Shown here piece after piece: positions 9,954-20,187 of a DNA stretch of 64,000 bases (position 1 is the first letter of the stretch; each line of letters begins with the position of its first letter). The stretch spans positions 64,001-128,000 of the forward strand of contig CAWDOD010000005.1 of assembly GCA_963803805.1 (NCBI GenBank), read 5' to 3'. The DNA comes from an uncultured cyanobacterium. Lineage in GTDB: Bacteria > Cyanobacteriota > Cyanobacteriia > Cyanobacteriales > CAWCAG01. Below the pieces are notes generated by a model. That model searched no databases. It was not told the origin of the DNA and saw only the letters and a program-made list of their open reading frames with translations. Made by a program: the position numbers and the translations under genes.

Positions 9954-11222
9954 ATGCCAGTCACAGCATTTTTCCAGGGAATTTTGGGTGCATCAAGTCT
10001 TGCCTTTGGAGCCTTTGTTGGGGTTGTTTGGCGACCTCGTAGGTTGTTTTCTGCTGCTATTATGGCATTTGGCAGCGGAACCTTACTCGCGGCGATCGCC
10101 TTTGAAATTTCTCTTCCGGTTTATAAAAACGACGGCTTTTTACCTCTGATTATTGGTTTTATGATCGGGGGAAGTTTATTTGTTTATTTGACTCAATATA
10201 TTGACCAACAAGGTGGTTTCTTGCGTAAACCAGCTTCTAGCCGTCGCTATCTTTACGAACACCGTAGTGATAAACATACCGACGTACTCAGCCGTATTTC
10301 CCACATAGAGGTAATGCAAAACCTCCCCGATGAAGAAAGAAAGGCATTAGCCCCTTTATTAAAAGCTAAAAACGTTCCTGCTGGAGAAATTCTTTGTGAA
10401 GAAGGCCATCCGGGGGAATACTTTTATATGATTGTTAGCGGGGAAGCAGAAGTTCGTAAAGGGCGCAAGGTGTTATCTCATCTAAAACCGGGGGAAGTAT
10501 TCGGGGAGATGTCTTTATTAACCGGAGAACCCCGTTCGGCGACCATTATATCCCGAACTCCTATGGAATTGTACCAATTACACCAAGAACATTTCGGCAG
10601 TGTCTTAAGTTGGTCACCTCATATGGCTTGGGCTTTGAGTCGTTCCTTAGCCCGTCGCTTACGCATTGCTACTGAATCGCGAGTTGCTGTAGAAGATAAT
10701 TTAGATCGTTGGCGACAGCAGTTAATGGATCAAGTTGAACTAGATATTTTAATGCGTGAAGATCCTAGTATCTTGGAAGGATTAGTAGAAAGTTCAGCGC
10801 CTTTAGCCATTATGGTAGGGACTTTAATTGATAATATCCCGGAAGCAGCAACCATCGGGCTGAATGCCGAAAATCCTCATTTAGGTTGGTCTTTTATTTT
10901 AGCTGTCTTTATTTCCAACTTTCCCGAAGCCTTATCTAGCGCTGCTGGGATGCAACAAGCAGGAACCTCCAAGGTACAAATTCTATCTCTTTGGTTAGGA
11001 ATTGTCATCTTAAGTGGGTTTTGTGCTGCTGCGGCTTATTCTGTACAAGGTTATCTACCAGAAACATTTGTGAGTTTAATTCAATCAATCGCCGGGGGAG
11101 CAATCCTCGCCATGTTAGCTAGTACGATGATGCCAGAAGCCTATGAGTTAGGAGGTGGCTATGTTGCTTTTTCAACGATTATGGGTTTCTTACTAGGTTT
11201 TTGGGTTTCTTTCGTCCACTAG
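9954..11222 (+). CDS. ZIP (GufA-like) metal transporter with an inserted cyclic-nucleotide-binding domain
   Basis: TM1-3 (IMAFGSGTLLAAIAFE), cNMP domain (EGHPGEYFYMIVSGEAEV; FGEMSLLTGEPRSAT), then TM4-8 (LIDNIPE, FISNFPEALSS, AGGAILAMLASTMMPEAYE). Confidence 0.85.
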   Translation: MPVTAFFQGILGASSLAFGAFVGVVWRPRRLFSAAIMAFGSGTLLAAIAFEISLPVYKNDGFLPLIIGFMIGGSLFVYLTQYIDQQGGFLRKPASSRRYLYEHRSDKHTDVLSRISHIEVMQNLPDEERKALAPLLKAKNVPAGEILCEEGHPGEYFYMIVSGEAEVRKGRKVLSHLKPGEVFGEMSLLTGEPRSATIISRTPMELYQLHQEHFGSVLSWSPHMAWALSRSLARRLRIATESRVAVEDNLDRWRQQLMDQVELDILMREDPSILEGLVESSAPLAIMVGTLIDNIPEAATIGLNAENPHLGWSFILAVFISNFPEALSSAAGMQQAGTSKVQILSLWLGIVILSGFCAAAAYSVQGYLPETFVSLIQSIAGGAILAMLASTMMPEAYELGGGYVAFSTIMGFLLGFWVSFVH

Positions 11223-11278
11223 ATAATTATTGAGCCTACACTATATCTCAAGTTACACATCACGTAAGCCAGCAGTCT

Positions 11279-11548
11279 TTATATGCGTTTTAGTAACTCA
11301 TCATATTCAGAGTGAGTTCCTATCCAAAACCAATAAATGTGGTTTTCTTCTAACAATCCTAGCGCTCTATAATTGAGACTGACACGAACTGAATAAATAG
11401 GCTGGCGTTGGCTGACTCGCTTAAATTGTAGGCTTCCATGAAATGGGTCGGTTTTCCACAGAGCATATGCTTTATTAGCTTGCTCACGAACAGAGTTTGG
11501 TAGCTGGTTAAGGAGCTTACGAAAATCTCTAGTAGTACTCGATTTCAT
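11279..11548 (-). CDS. RelE/ParE-superfamily toxin
   Basis: 89 aa, basic; DPFHGSLQFKRV, YSVRVSLNYRALG, WFWIGTHSEYD. Confidence 0.8.
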   Translation of the reverse strand: MKSSTTRDFRKLLNQLPNSVREQANKAYALWKTDPFHGSLQFKRVSQRQPIYSVRVSLNYRALGLLEENHIYWFWIGTHSEYDELLKRI

Positions 11549-11775
11549 TGTCCAACTGGGAAAACTTCATCAAGCGGTATAACCTCACCAACCAAAATTT
11601 CCTGCCGTACTAAAGTTGCCATATCATCCCACTGTTTGTCAGTTGTAGCGTCAAAGCAATTTTGCCAAGCTTGCTCGTCTTCTAACTCAGCAAGAAGCCT
11701 TGTTGCGATCGCATCTTGTTGCTCATCTGATAGCTTTGAAATCTTTGTAATAACTTGCTGGAGGAGTTCTGTCAT
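11545..11775 (-). CDS. Putative antitoxin
   Basis: 76 aa, acidic (EQQDAIA..LLAELEDEQAW); 4-nt overlap with the downstream toxin. Confidence 0.75.
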   Translation of the reverse strand: MTELLQQVITKISKLSDEQQDAIATRLLAELEDEQAWQNCFDATTDKQWDDMATLVRQEILVGEVIPLDEVFPVGQ

Positions 11776-11972
11776 AATTTCTTATCTAATAGCTGTACCA
11801 CTATGAGTAAAAGTATATCTAAGATTTCCTAATTACCCATTACCTCTTCCTATAACCCAATTTAAAAGCATAGCAGCTTATCTCCCTCATTCTCTATCTT
11901 CCACAGCTATGCCTTTATCAAAAACATCATTGATAATTGATTATTGATAACTAACCATTAATCTTTAGATCA

Positions 11973-13052
11973 ATGAAAATCGATTACGTTCACTTCTATG
12001 TTGATAATGCTCAGAAGTGGCGAGACTGGTTTAGCACTAAGATGAACTTTTCTACCGTAGCTGGGGGTTATAACCATCACGATTGTACAGAAGTAATCGC
12101 TAATGGGAACGTTGTCTTTGTTCTTTCTTCTCCCACTAATGCGGCTAGCCTAGTAGCAAAATATTTACGACAACATCCTTGTGGAGTAGCGGATGTTGCC
12201 TTCACTACCAACAATTTAGCCGAAGCATTACAACAAGCTATTAACCAAGGGACAAAATTATTAACCGCACCTCAACAGCAAAATTTTCCTCAAGGAACTA
12301 TAAAATGGTGTCAAATTGTCGCTGAATCTGGCTTACGTCATACTTTATACCAAAGAGAAGGTATAACTCCTATTTTTCCAGAATTAGAAAAAGAGCAAAT
12401 CTATCCAACTAATTTTGCTCAAGGAAACTTCACTGGTATAGATCATATTGTCCTCAATGTGGCAGCAGGAGAATTAAGAAAAACCGCAACTTGGTACGAG
12501 AAAGCTTTAGGTTTTCAGCTCCAGCAAAGTTTTAATATTCAAACAGAAAATTCGGGTTTATATTCTCAAGTGATGGTACATCCAGAAAGCGGTGTAAAAT
12601 TTCCCATAAACGAACCTGCTTCTCCTAATTCTCAGATTCAGGAATTTTTAGATGTAAACAAAGGTGCAGGTATTCAACATATCGCTTTGCAAACTCCCCA
12701 TATCCTCCGTACCACTGCCCAATTAAGAGAAGCAGGGTTAGCTTTTTTACCTATTCTAGAAAGTTATTATACTCAACTAGAAAAACGTCTCCCTCCTTTG
12801 AGTTTAGAAGCAGGGGAGTTAGCAACTTTGGCAGCACAACAGATTTTAATCGACTATCAACAAAAAACTAATAATATTAAAAAATCGCCCTTGTTGTTGC
12901 AAATTTTTACTCAACCAATTTTCAACGAACCTACTTTCTTTTTTGAGTTAATTGAACGTCGCGATCGCGCTGAAGGTTTTGGAGAAGGAAACTTTCGTGC
13001 TTTGTTTGAAGCAATGGAACAAGAACAATTTAAGCGAGGGAGTTTGTACTGA
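11973..13052 (+). CDS. hppD: 4-hydroxyphenylpyruvate dioxygenase
   Basis: [51 protein letters not shown]. Confidence 0.93.
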   Translation: MKIDYVHFYVDNAQKWRDWFSTKMNFSTVAGGYNHHDCTEVIANGNVVFVLSSPTNAASLVAKYLRQHPCGVADVAFTTNNLAEALQQAINQGTKLLTAPQQQNFPQGTIKWCQIVAESGLRHTLYQREGITPIFPELEKEQIYPTNFAQGNFTGIDHIVLNVAAGELRKTATWYEKALGFQLQQSFNIQTENSGLYSQVMVHPESGVKFPINEPASPNSQIQEFLDVNKGAGIQHIALQTPHILRTTAQLREAGLAFLPILESYYTQLEKRLPPLSLEAGELATLAAQQILIDYQQKTNNIKKSPLLLQIFTQPIFNEPTFFFELIERRDRAEGFGEGNFRALFEAMEQEQFKRGSLY

Positions 13053-13099
13053 TAGCTAATAACTTAAACCATTTTTAAAATAATTTCTTATATAGCAAG

Positions 13100-13627
13100 A
13101 TGAAAATTATGAATAAATATCAAAACAAAATGGAAACATTAGACCCCTGGCAAGTGGTAGAAACATCAAAAAAACTTACTATCGAAGACATTCTTTCTTT
13201 AGAGAAAGAAATAGGCTATTCTTTGCCAGCAGACTATGCTAACTTCCTTTTGCACTATGGTGGTTTTGGTACTGAAGATTATGTTAGCTTTACCTATCTA
13301 GAAGAAAATCCTAGAGATGATGAAAAAGGATTATTAGATGTATTTTTTGGAATTTTGCCAGGAGATGGATACGATTTAATAAAGAATTACAATTGTTATA
13401 AAGATAGAATTCCTCAAAATTTACTTCCTATCGCAGACTCATGTGGAAATGTTGTCTGTATTTCTCTTGCCGGTGATAATAAAGATTGTGTTTATCTGTG
13501 GGATCATAACGATGAAGAAATGGTAGAAAATCCGGGCTATTCAAATGTCTATCTACTCGCTCATTCATTTGATGAGTTTATCAATTCTTTAGAATTAGAT
13601 GATGAATTGAATGATGAAGATGAATAA
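13100..13627 (+). CDS. SMI1/KNR4 (SUKH) family protein, orphan immunity-like
   Basis: LEKEIGYSLPADYANFLLHYGG, LLPIADSCGN, VYLWDH, LAHSFDEFINSL. Confidence 0.88.
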   Translation: MKIMNKYQNKMETLDPWQVVETSKKLTIEDILSLEKEIGYSLPADYANFLLHYGGFGTEDYVSFTYLEENPRDDEKGLLDVFFGILPGDGYDLIKNYNCYKDRIPQNLLPIADSCGNVVCISLAGDNKDCVYLWDHNDEEMVENPGYSNVYLLAHSFDEFINSLELDDELNDEDE

Positions 13628-13629
13628 AA

Positions 13630-13903
<274 letters not shown>

Positions 13904-13905
13904 CT

Positions 13906-14250
13906 TTATGAAGCTACGGCAAAATCTGTGTACTGTCTCATTTTTGGCTCATGAAATGCTAAAACAATATCTTCTTTAGAAACACCTGCATCAACCAAAT
14001 CATTGGCGATGCCATCTTCAGTCCAATCCTCCTCGATCCAAAATTTACCATCTACAATCCGAACATAGACTGTCATACCAGCAACGCGCTCACCACCCTG
14101 CCAACCAAGATTCATCCAAATGTAATGAGCTTTTAATTCATCGACAATTAAAAACGTCTCTATATCTGAGTTATGATGGCGGTTACTTAGTTCTGTATAC
14201 TCACTCAAAATACCTTTAATTAGCTTAGGATATTCAGTTAGTTTATCCAT
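13906..14250 (-). CDS. xisI: XisI family protein
   Basis: MDKL..Y, GKFWIEEDWTEDGIANDLVDAGVSKEDIVLAFH. Confidence 0.92.
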   Translation of the reverse strand: MDKLTEYPKLIKGILSEYTELSNRHHNSDIETFLIVDELKAHYIWMNLGWQGGERVAGMTVYVRIVDGKFWIEEDWTEDGIANDLVDAGVSKEDIVLAFHEPKMRQYTDFAVAS

Positions 14251-14657
14251 TTTGTGATCTCCTCTGACTCGATGTCTACCACAATGATAGAAAGTTGGTG
14301 TTTCTTCAGAATGAGTTGAGCCACATCTCCGGTAAAGAAAGTTTTGTAAGCTATTTTGCTGATAGCCATATATAACTTTCGCTCTGGTGCTGTTTCCTCC
14401 AAAAGATAACTGTAGATATCATATTGCCCAAGAGCTTCTTTAAAGTCCTGTATTTTCGATGCACCAATAAAGCTTTTGACTTCCACAACTAGCTTTTGTC
14501 CATCTCGTTCAACCCCAATCGGACGTTCAGCACCAAGATCAGCATAGAGTGTTGTCCTTCGATACTTAATGATATAAGGATCATCAGTGATTAACCATCC
14601 GTCCTTAATCAAAGCATTTTTCACCGAATTATGAATACTATCTAGCTTGGGCATCAA
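14238..14657 (-). CDS. xisH: XisH family protein (PD-(D/E)XK fold)
   Basis: HNSVKNALIKDGWLITDDP, DLGAE, VEVKSF, ALGQY; overlaps xisI. Confidence 0.92.
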   Translation of the reverse strand: MMPKLDSIHNSVKNALIKDGWLITDDPYIIKYRRTTLYADLGAERPIGVERDGQKLVVEVKSFIGASKIQDFKEALGQYDIYSYLLEETAPERKLYMAISKIAYKTFFTGDVAQLILKKHQLSIIVVDIESEEITKWIN

Positions 14658-14721
14658 CTACTAGAAAAAAATGATATCTGTATAAACATAGGAATGAAGC
14701 TTCAAATTTGTTGATGTACAA

Positions 14722-15477
14722 CTAACCTCTAATTGCTTTTAAAACCCCTAATTCTGTTTGTATTGGTAAAACATCTAAAATATTCTCTTGAGCGCAATAT
14801 TCTAAATCTGCTCGATTATTTAAACCTAATAAACGCTTACCATGACTAGCAAGTTCAAACATTTTCACTAAATCATTTTGCCATTGGCTATAAAGGGCGA
14901 TCGCTGCTACAACTTCATCATTACCAATAACTTCTACATCTTTAGTATAAAAAACTTTGGCGATCGCTCCCGCACAAACTGTATCTTCTAAGGAATAAGT
15001 TCCTTGCCAGCCAGATCCCACTAACCAAACAGTTTCTGGTTGTTTCTTACGTAGGTAATCAATGACACTTTGGTAATTTACCATTGCGGCTGTCACCACA
15101 GTGGGAGATTTTTCTACCCTTTGTAAGGCACGAGTACCATTAGTAGTAGAAAGAAACAAACGCTTACCTGCCATCAATTCTGGGGTACAGTCCAAAGGAG
15201 AATTACCTAAGTCGCAACCATCTACTTGTTTACCTCCTCTTTCTCCTGCCCGTAGTCGCTTTTGGTCAGGCCAATCAGTACTTTTAGTTATTAATTCTTC
15301 TATATCTCTAAAAGCTTGTACTGCTTCAGCTCCAGCGTCTAAAGCGGTGGCGATGGTAGTTGTTGCCCGTAATACATCAATGACGACTGCACAGTCAGGT
15401 AAGCTGTCTATTGGAGTCAATTCTGGGGTGTGATAAACAAATAGCTTCAAGGTTCTGGCGGGTAGATATGTTGCCAA
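14722..15477 (-). CDS. comB: 2-phosphosulfolactate phosphatase family protein
   Basis: [35 protein letters not shown]; true start probably TTG at 15450. Confidence 0.9.
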   Translation of the reverse strand: MATYLPARTLKLFVYHTPELTPIDSLPDCAVVIDVLRATTTIATALDAGAEAVQAFRDIEELITKSTDWPDQKRLRAGERGGKQVDGCDLGNSPLDCTPELMAGKRLFLSTTNGTRALQRVEKSPTVVTAAMVNYQSVIDYLRKKQPETVWLVGSGWQGTYSLEDTVCAGAIAKVFYTKDVEVIGNDEVVAAIALYSQWQNDLVKMFELASHGKRLLGLNNRADLEYCAQENILDVLPIQTELGVLKAIRG

Positions 15478-15579
15478 CCAACCATCCTATCACCTGAGTA
15501 GTTTTTTGTCTATTAACAGAAGAAGGTAATAGGAAATAGTACCATCACTTATTACCTATTACCCATTACCTATTGCTTA

Positions 15580-17208
15580 TTACTCCCACTCAATAGTCCC
15601 AGGTGGTTTAGAAGTAATATCATAAACCACTCGATTAACTCCATCTACCTCATTCACAATGCGGTTAGAGATAGTTTCTAACAACTCGTAGGGAACACGG
15701 GACCAGTCGGCTGTCATGCCATCTTCGCTGGAAATTAAACGTAGGACGATAGGATGGGCATAGGTACGCTGATCTCCCATTACTCCCACGCTACGAACAG
15801 GTAATAGCACAGCGAAGGCTTGCCAAAAGTCATGATACATTCCTTGCTTGCCAATTTCATCCCGGACAATGTAGTCTGCATCCCGGAGGATATTGAGCCT
15901 TTCTGGGGTTACTTCGCCGATGATGCGAATTGCTAAACCAGGGCCAGGAAAAGGATGGCGGCGAACAATCTCTTTGGGCAAACCGATAGAAAGAGCGACT
16001 TTGCGTACTTCATCTTTAAAAAGTTTGCGTAGGGGTTCAACGAGCTTAAAGCGTAAATCTTTTGGCAAACCACCGACATTATGATGGCTCTTGATTTTCA
16101 CTGCAACCCTTTCTCCAGTTTGAGGATCAACGTTAGTATCAGCAGACTCAATTACGTCAGGATAAAGGGTTCCTTGGGCTAAATAATCGAAGGGTCCCAA
16201 ACGCTTAGATTCTTCTTCAAAGACATGGATGAATTCATGGCCGATGCGACGGCGTTTTTCTTCTGGATCGGTGATGCCTTTGACTTTGGCGAGAAATCTA
16301 TCCCTGGCATTGATGTATTCAACAGAGATATGGAAGCGTCTAGCAAAGATGTCCATTAGTCTTTCTGGTTCACCTTTACGCATGAAGCCCTGATCAATGA
16401 ACATACAAGTTAGTTGATCACCAATGGCACGATGAAGTAGAAAGGCGAGGGTAGAAGAGTCAACGCCTCCAGAAAGGGCTAATAAAACTCGTTTTTCCCC
16501 TACTTTGGCACGAATTTCCCGAATGGATTCAGTGACAAAGGTTTCTGTTGTCCAAGTTGGTTCACATTTGCAAACATCATAGACAAAGTTGCGGATCAGT
16601 TCCATGCCGCCGATGGAGTGGACAACTTCTGGGTGAAACTGTACGCCGTAAAACCTTTTTTCGTGGTTGGCAATCGCCGCACAACGGGTATTTTCTGTGT
16701 GGGCGAGAATTTCAAAGCCAGGGGGTAAGGAAGTGCAAGAATCCCCATGGCTCATCCACATGGTTGAGCCGTTTTTGATTTTTTGTAAAGTTATGTTGGG
16801 GTTGTCGATGATTAGGGAAGCTTTGCCATATTCAGCCCGTTGAGCGCGTTCAACTTTCCCCCTAATTGCTTAACCATAAGCTGCATTCCATAGCAAACTC
16901 CCATGACGGGAACTCCTAATTCCCAAATTTTGGGATCACATTGAGGAGCGCCTTTGTCATAAACTGAGTTTGGTCCGACCGGACAAAATGATCCCCGATG
17001 GGTTAAGCTGTTTAAGCTGTTCGGCGGTGGTGCGATAGGAAAGTACTTCGGAGTAGACTTGGGTTTCGCGAATGCGACGGGCAATTAGTTCTGAGTATTG
17101 AGAGCCAAAGTCGAGGATGATCACGATTTGGCGATTGAGGCTGGTTTTCCGAGGAACCTTGGGTAAAGTTTCTACAGGTGGATGCACTTGTTGAATTGAA
17201 ATAGTCAC
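15580..17208 (-). CDS. guaA: GMP synthase (glutamine-hydrolysing), split by two frameshifts
   Basis: ILDFGSQY (ORF 16957-17208), GVCYGMQ (ORF 16812-17084), [21 protein letters not shown] (ORF 15580-16761); indels at ~16977 and ~16855-16862. Confidence 0.93.
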
Positions 17209-17237
17209 GAGATCCTGATGAATTGTAGATGTGAATG

Positions 17238-17271
17238 AAAAATAAAGCCGCTACTACCTTGGGTAGAGGCT
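17238..17271 (-). terminator. Terminator-like hairpin between cbiD and guaA
   Basis: Minus strand AGCC-T-CTACC-CAA-GGTAG-TAGC-GGCT followed by TTATTTTT. Confidence 0.35.
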
Positions 17272-17338
17272 ATGCTCCTATTCGCAGACTAAAATCTACT
17301 TTCAGATGCTTGTTATTCTTGCAAGGAATTGAAAAATT

Positions 17339-18478
17339 TTATATATTCGGTACACAATAGCACATTTTTTTTAAGATTGCTGCACCTAAAAAACTTTTTA
17401 CAATGATTTTTCTTTCTCGATTGAATAATACTGAGCCAACTTCAACTTTGCGGTCGCTATGTTTGCGAATATAGGTTTGAGAACGCAGATCAATAGTAGT
17501 GGCGATCGCACCATAAACTGTTTCTGTCCAATGATTATTGCAGGGATCTAATCTTTGTAAATATTCTAACCCTGCTTCTGTAGTGGGAAGCTCAAATATT
17601 TTTTGTAAGTCTGCTGTGGCTAAACCGGCTTTAGCACAGTGAGCGGTAAAAATTTCTCTCCTACCATCGGCGAGGTGATGGTGGGTATGAAAAATCCCTC
17701 CTGCTAGCTTAATTAGCTTGCCATGATAACCAAAAAGGAGCAGAGATTTAACTCCTTGCAAGGCAGCTTCTACAAGCATTGGCCCCAACCAATTAGCTGT
17801 CTTTATCAATTGCCCCTCTTGCAAACCCAATCTTCTAGCTAAATCTAAACCATTTTCCCCTAAACAAAATACTAAGCTGTCAAACTGGCTAGCTTTTGTT
17901 GCTAATTCTTGGCGATAAATATCTAATTGCCCAGGGGAGCTTAAGGGGTGAGAAATACCAGTAGTTCCTAATAAAGAAAGTCCTTCTACTACCCCAAAAG
18001 CAGCATTAGAAGTTCTTTGAGCTAATTTACGTCCTTCCGGGAGAATAATTGTTACCTCAATTAACTCTCCTGGCTGACATAAGGGTTGTAAATTACCCTC
18101 AAATAATCTTTGAGCGTAATCATAAATAGCTGCCTTTCCTTGGGCTTCTAACTGGCGACCAATACCTTCTCCACCCTTGATAATAACTTGCTGTTGTCCT
18201 GGGCGGGGTTTAACTTCTACCACTGCCCAGATAGGAGTATGGCGAGTTAAATCGAGATTATCTCCGGGATCGCTACGAGTAATAGCTAGGGCTTGATGTT
18301 GTCCTAACTTGGCAACTTGTTCTATGGGGATTTCTACTCTCTCGGCAGGTTCGAGTAAATCTAAAGTTATACTTTCAGGTACTTTTCCTTGCCGGCAACA
18401 GTGCCAAGCTGCCACGGCTGCTGCACAGGCGAAGACTGGTAAAGTATATCCCGAACGGGGCTGATTATTCATGAACAA
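17339..18478 (-). CDS. cbiD: Cobalt-precorrin-5B C1-methyltransferase
   Basis: SGYTLPVFACAAA, SDPGDNLDLT, GGEGIG, RTSNAAFGVVEGLSLLGTTG, GYHGKLIKLAGGIFHTH. Confidence 0.93.
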   Translation of the reverse strand: MFMNNQPRSGYTLPVFACAAAVAAWHCCRQGKVPESITLDLLEPAERVEIPIEQVAKLGQHQALAITRSDPGDNLDLTRHTPIWAVVEVKPRPGQQQVIIKGGEGIGRQLEAQGKAAIYDYAQRLFEGNLQPLCQPGELIEVTIILPEGRKLAQRTSNAAFGVVEGLSLLGTTGISHPLSSPGQLDIYRQELATKASQFDSLVFCLGENGLDLARRLGLQEGQLIKTANWLGPMLVEAALQGVKSLLLFGYHGKLIKLAGGIFHTHHHLADGRREIFTAHCAKAGLATADLQKIFELPTTEAGLEYLQRLDPCNNHWTETVYGAIATTIDLRSQTYIRKHSDRKVEVGSVLFNRERKIIVKSFLGAAILKKMCYCVPNI

Positions 18479-18857
18479 GAAAAAAAGCTGATTAGTTTTG
18501 GTAAAGCTTTAAGATATAGGGTATGTATATGTAATGGTACTTATATCTACAAGTAAGTCATAAGCATCTTTAAATCCTAAACAGGGTTTACTAGGAAGCA
18601 GCATCAGGAGTGTATTGCTATCTATATGTAAATTACTCATCCCTATCAGCGATAGCGCCTATGCTTGTTGTTTACTTTAATTCGAGGCAAATAAAGCCAA
18701 GTCGATACGCTATTTTAGCAGCAATTTTGGGCATAATTATTGGTGCTATTAACTTTGAGCTAACTGAAGAGATTCACTCAGGTTGCCCCTACCTCCTTAT
18801 AAGTCTATATCCAGGTTTGCTAACTAAATATTTAAGTCAACATCGGGAGGCACGATA

Positions 18858-20108
18858 ATGGATAAACCTGTAATTATTTGTGTCGATGATGAAAGAGTTG
18901 TGCTAATCAGCCTCCGGGATCAACTGATTCAACACTTAGGTAACAAATATGAAATAGAATTAGCTGAAAGTGGGCAAGAAGCTTTAGAGATTCTAGAAGA
19001 ATTAACTGAAGAAGGAATTGAAGTTCCTTTAATTATTTCTGATCAAATTATGCCGGCCATGAAAGGGGACGAATTACTCGTAGAAATTCAAGATAAATAC
19101 CCCCAAACCCTAAAAATAATGTTAACGGGCCAAGCTAGTGTTGATGCTGTAGGTAAGGCAGTTAATTTAGCTAATCTTTACCGTTATTTGGCTAAACCTT
19201 GGCAGATAGAGGATTTGAAGTTTACTGTTCAAGAAGCCCTTAATAGTTACTTTCAAAATAAAAAGCTTTCTGAGCAAAATACTCAACTCATAGAACTCAA
19301 TAAAGCTTTATCTCGTTTTGTTCCTAGTCAGTTTCTGCAATTATTAGATAAAGATAGTATTACCGATATTCAATTAGGTAATTCAGTGCAGAAGGAAATG
19401 TCAATACTTTTTGCTGATATTCGTAACTTTACTTCTTTATCTGAAGCCATGACACCGGAGGATAACTTTAAGTTTATTAACGGTTATCTTTCCCGTATGG
19501 AACCAGCTATTATTGACAATAATGGCTTCATTGATAAGTACATTGGCGATGCGATCATGGCTTTGTTTGGAGGCAGTGCTGATGATGCTTTACAAGCAGG
19601 GATTGATATGTTGAAAATTCTCCACATATATAATAAAACTCGCCACAGTCCCAACAGAGAACCCCTTAAAATTGGCATTGGTATCAATACAGGACAATTG
19701 ATGTTAGGAACAATTGGTGGGAGTTCGCGTATTGATAGTACTGTAATTAGCGATGCTGTCAACTTGGCTTCTCGTTTAGAAGGACTAACTAAACGCTATG
19801 GAGTCTCCTTATTAATTACGCAACAAACCTTTCATTTACTTAAAAATCGCCATCAATATGCCATTCGTTTTATTGATAAAGTTCAAGTTAAAGGCAAATC
19901 AGAATTAGTCACCATTTATGAAGTTTTTGAAACAGATGAAGCCAGCATTAAGGAGAGTAAAAAAGCAACACAATCTTTTTTTGAACAGGCTTGGCTACTC
20001 TATAATCAACACTCTTTTCAGGAAGCCAAACGACTTTTTACTACTTGTCTAGAAATAAGTCCTCAAGATAAAGTAGCTCGGTTTTATCTTAAAAAATGCC
20101 GCATTTAG
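18858..20108 (+). CDS. Receiver domain + class III adenylate cyclase + TPR-like tail
   Basis: ICVDDE..ISDQIMP..MLTG..AKPW receiver; FADIRNFT, DKYIGDAIM, TVISDAVNLASRLE. Confidence 0.9.
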   Translation: MDKPVIICVDDERVVLISLRDQLIQHLGNKYEIELAESGQEALEILEELTEEGIEVPLIISDQIMPAMKGDELLVEIQDKYPQTLKIMLTGQASVDAVGKAVNLANLYRYLAKPWQIEDLKFTVQEALNSYFQNKKLSEQNTQLIELNKALSRFVPSQFLQLLDKDSITDIQLGNSVQKEMSILFADIRNFTSLSEAMTPEDNFKFINGYLSRMEPAIIDNNGFIDKYIGDAIMALFGGSADDALQAGIDMLKILHIYNKTRHSPNREPLKIGIGINTGQLMLGTIGGSSRIDSTVISDAVNLASRLEGLTKRYGVSLLITQQTFHLLKNRHQYAIRFIDKVQVKGKSELVTIYEVFETDEASIKESKKATQSFFEQAWLLYNQHSFQEAKRLFTTCLEISPQDKVARFYLKKCRI

Positions 20109-20187
20109 TAAGCTTTTCAGTATTAATAAAAACTTATTGAAATTTAACTAAAAAGCTTTTGTTTATATTGCTCTTTTCTCTACACCA

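Noticed and set aside
15580-17208. Programmed frameshifting or true pseudogene status for guaA and the other split genes
   Set aside because: No shared slippery motif, mixed +1/-1 indels and otherwise intact frames; sequencing error is simpler.
18537-18550. NtcA site GTA-N8-TAC (GTACTTATATCTAC) between cbiD and the cyclase genes
   Set aside because: No TAN3T box at the canonical ~22-nt spacing on either strand, and this 6-base pattern is expected by chance in AT-rich DNA.
18610-18858. 82-aa ORF upstream of the first cyclase
   Set aside because: GTG start, no recognisable motif, lies in a likely promoter region; cannot be supported, though not excluded.
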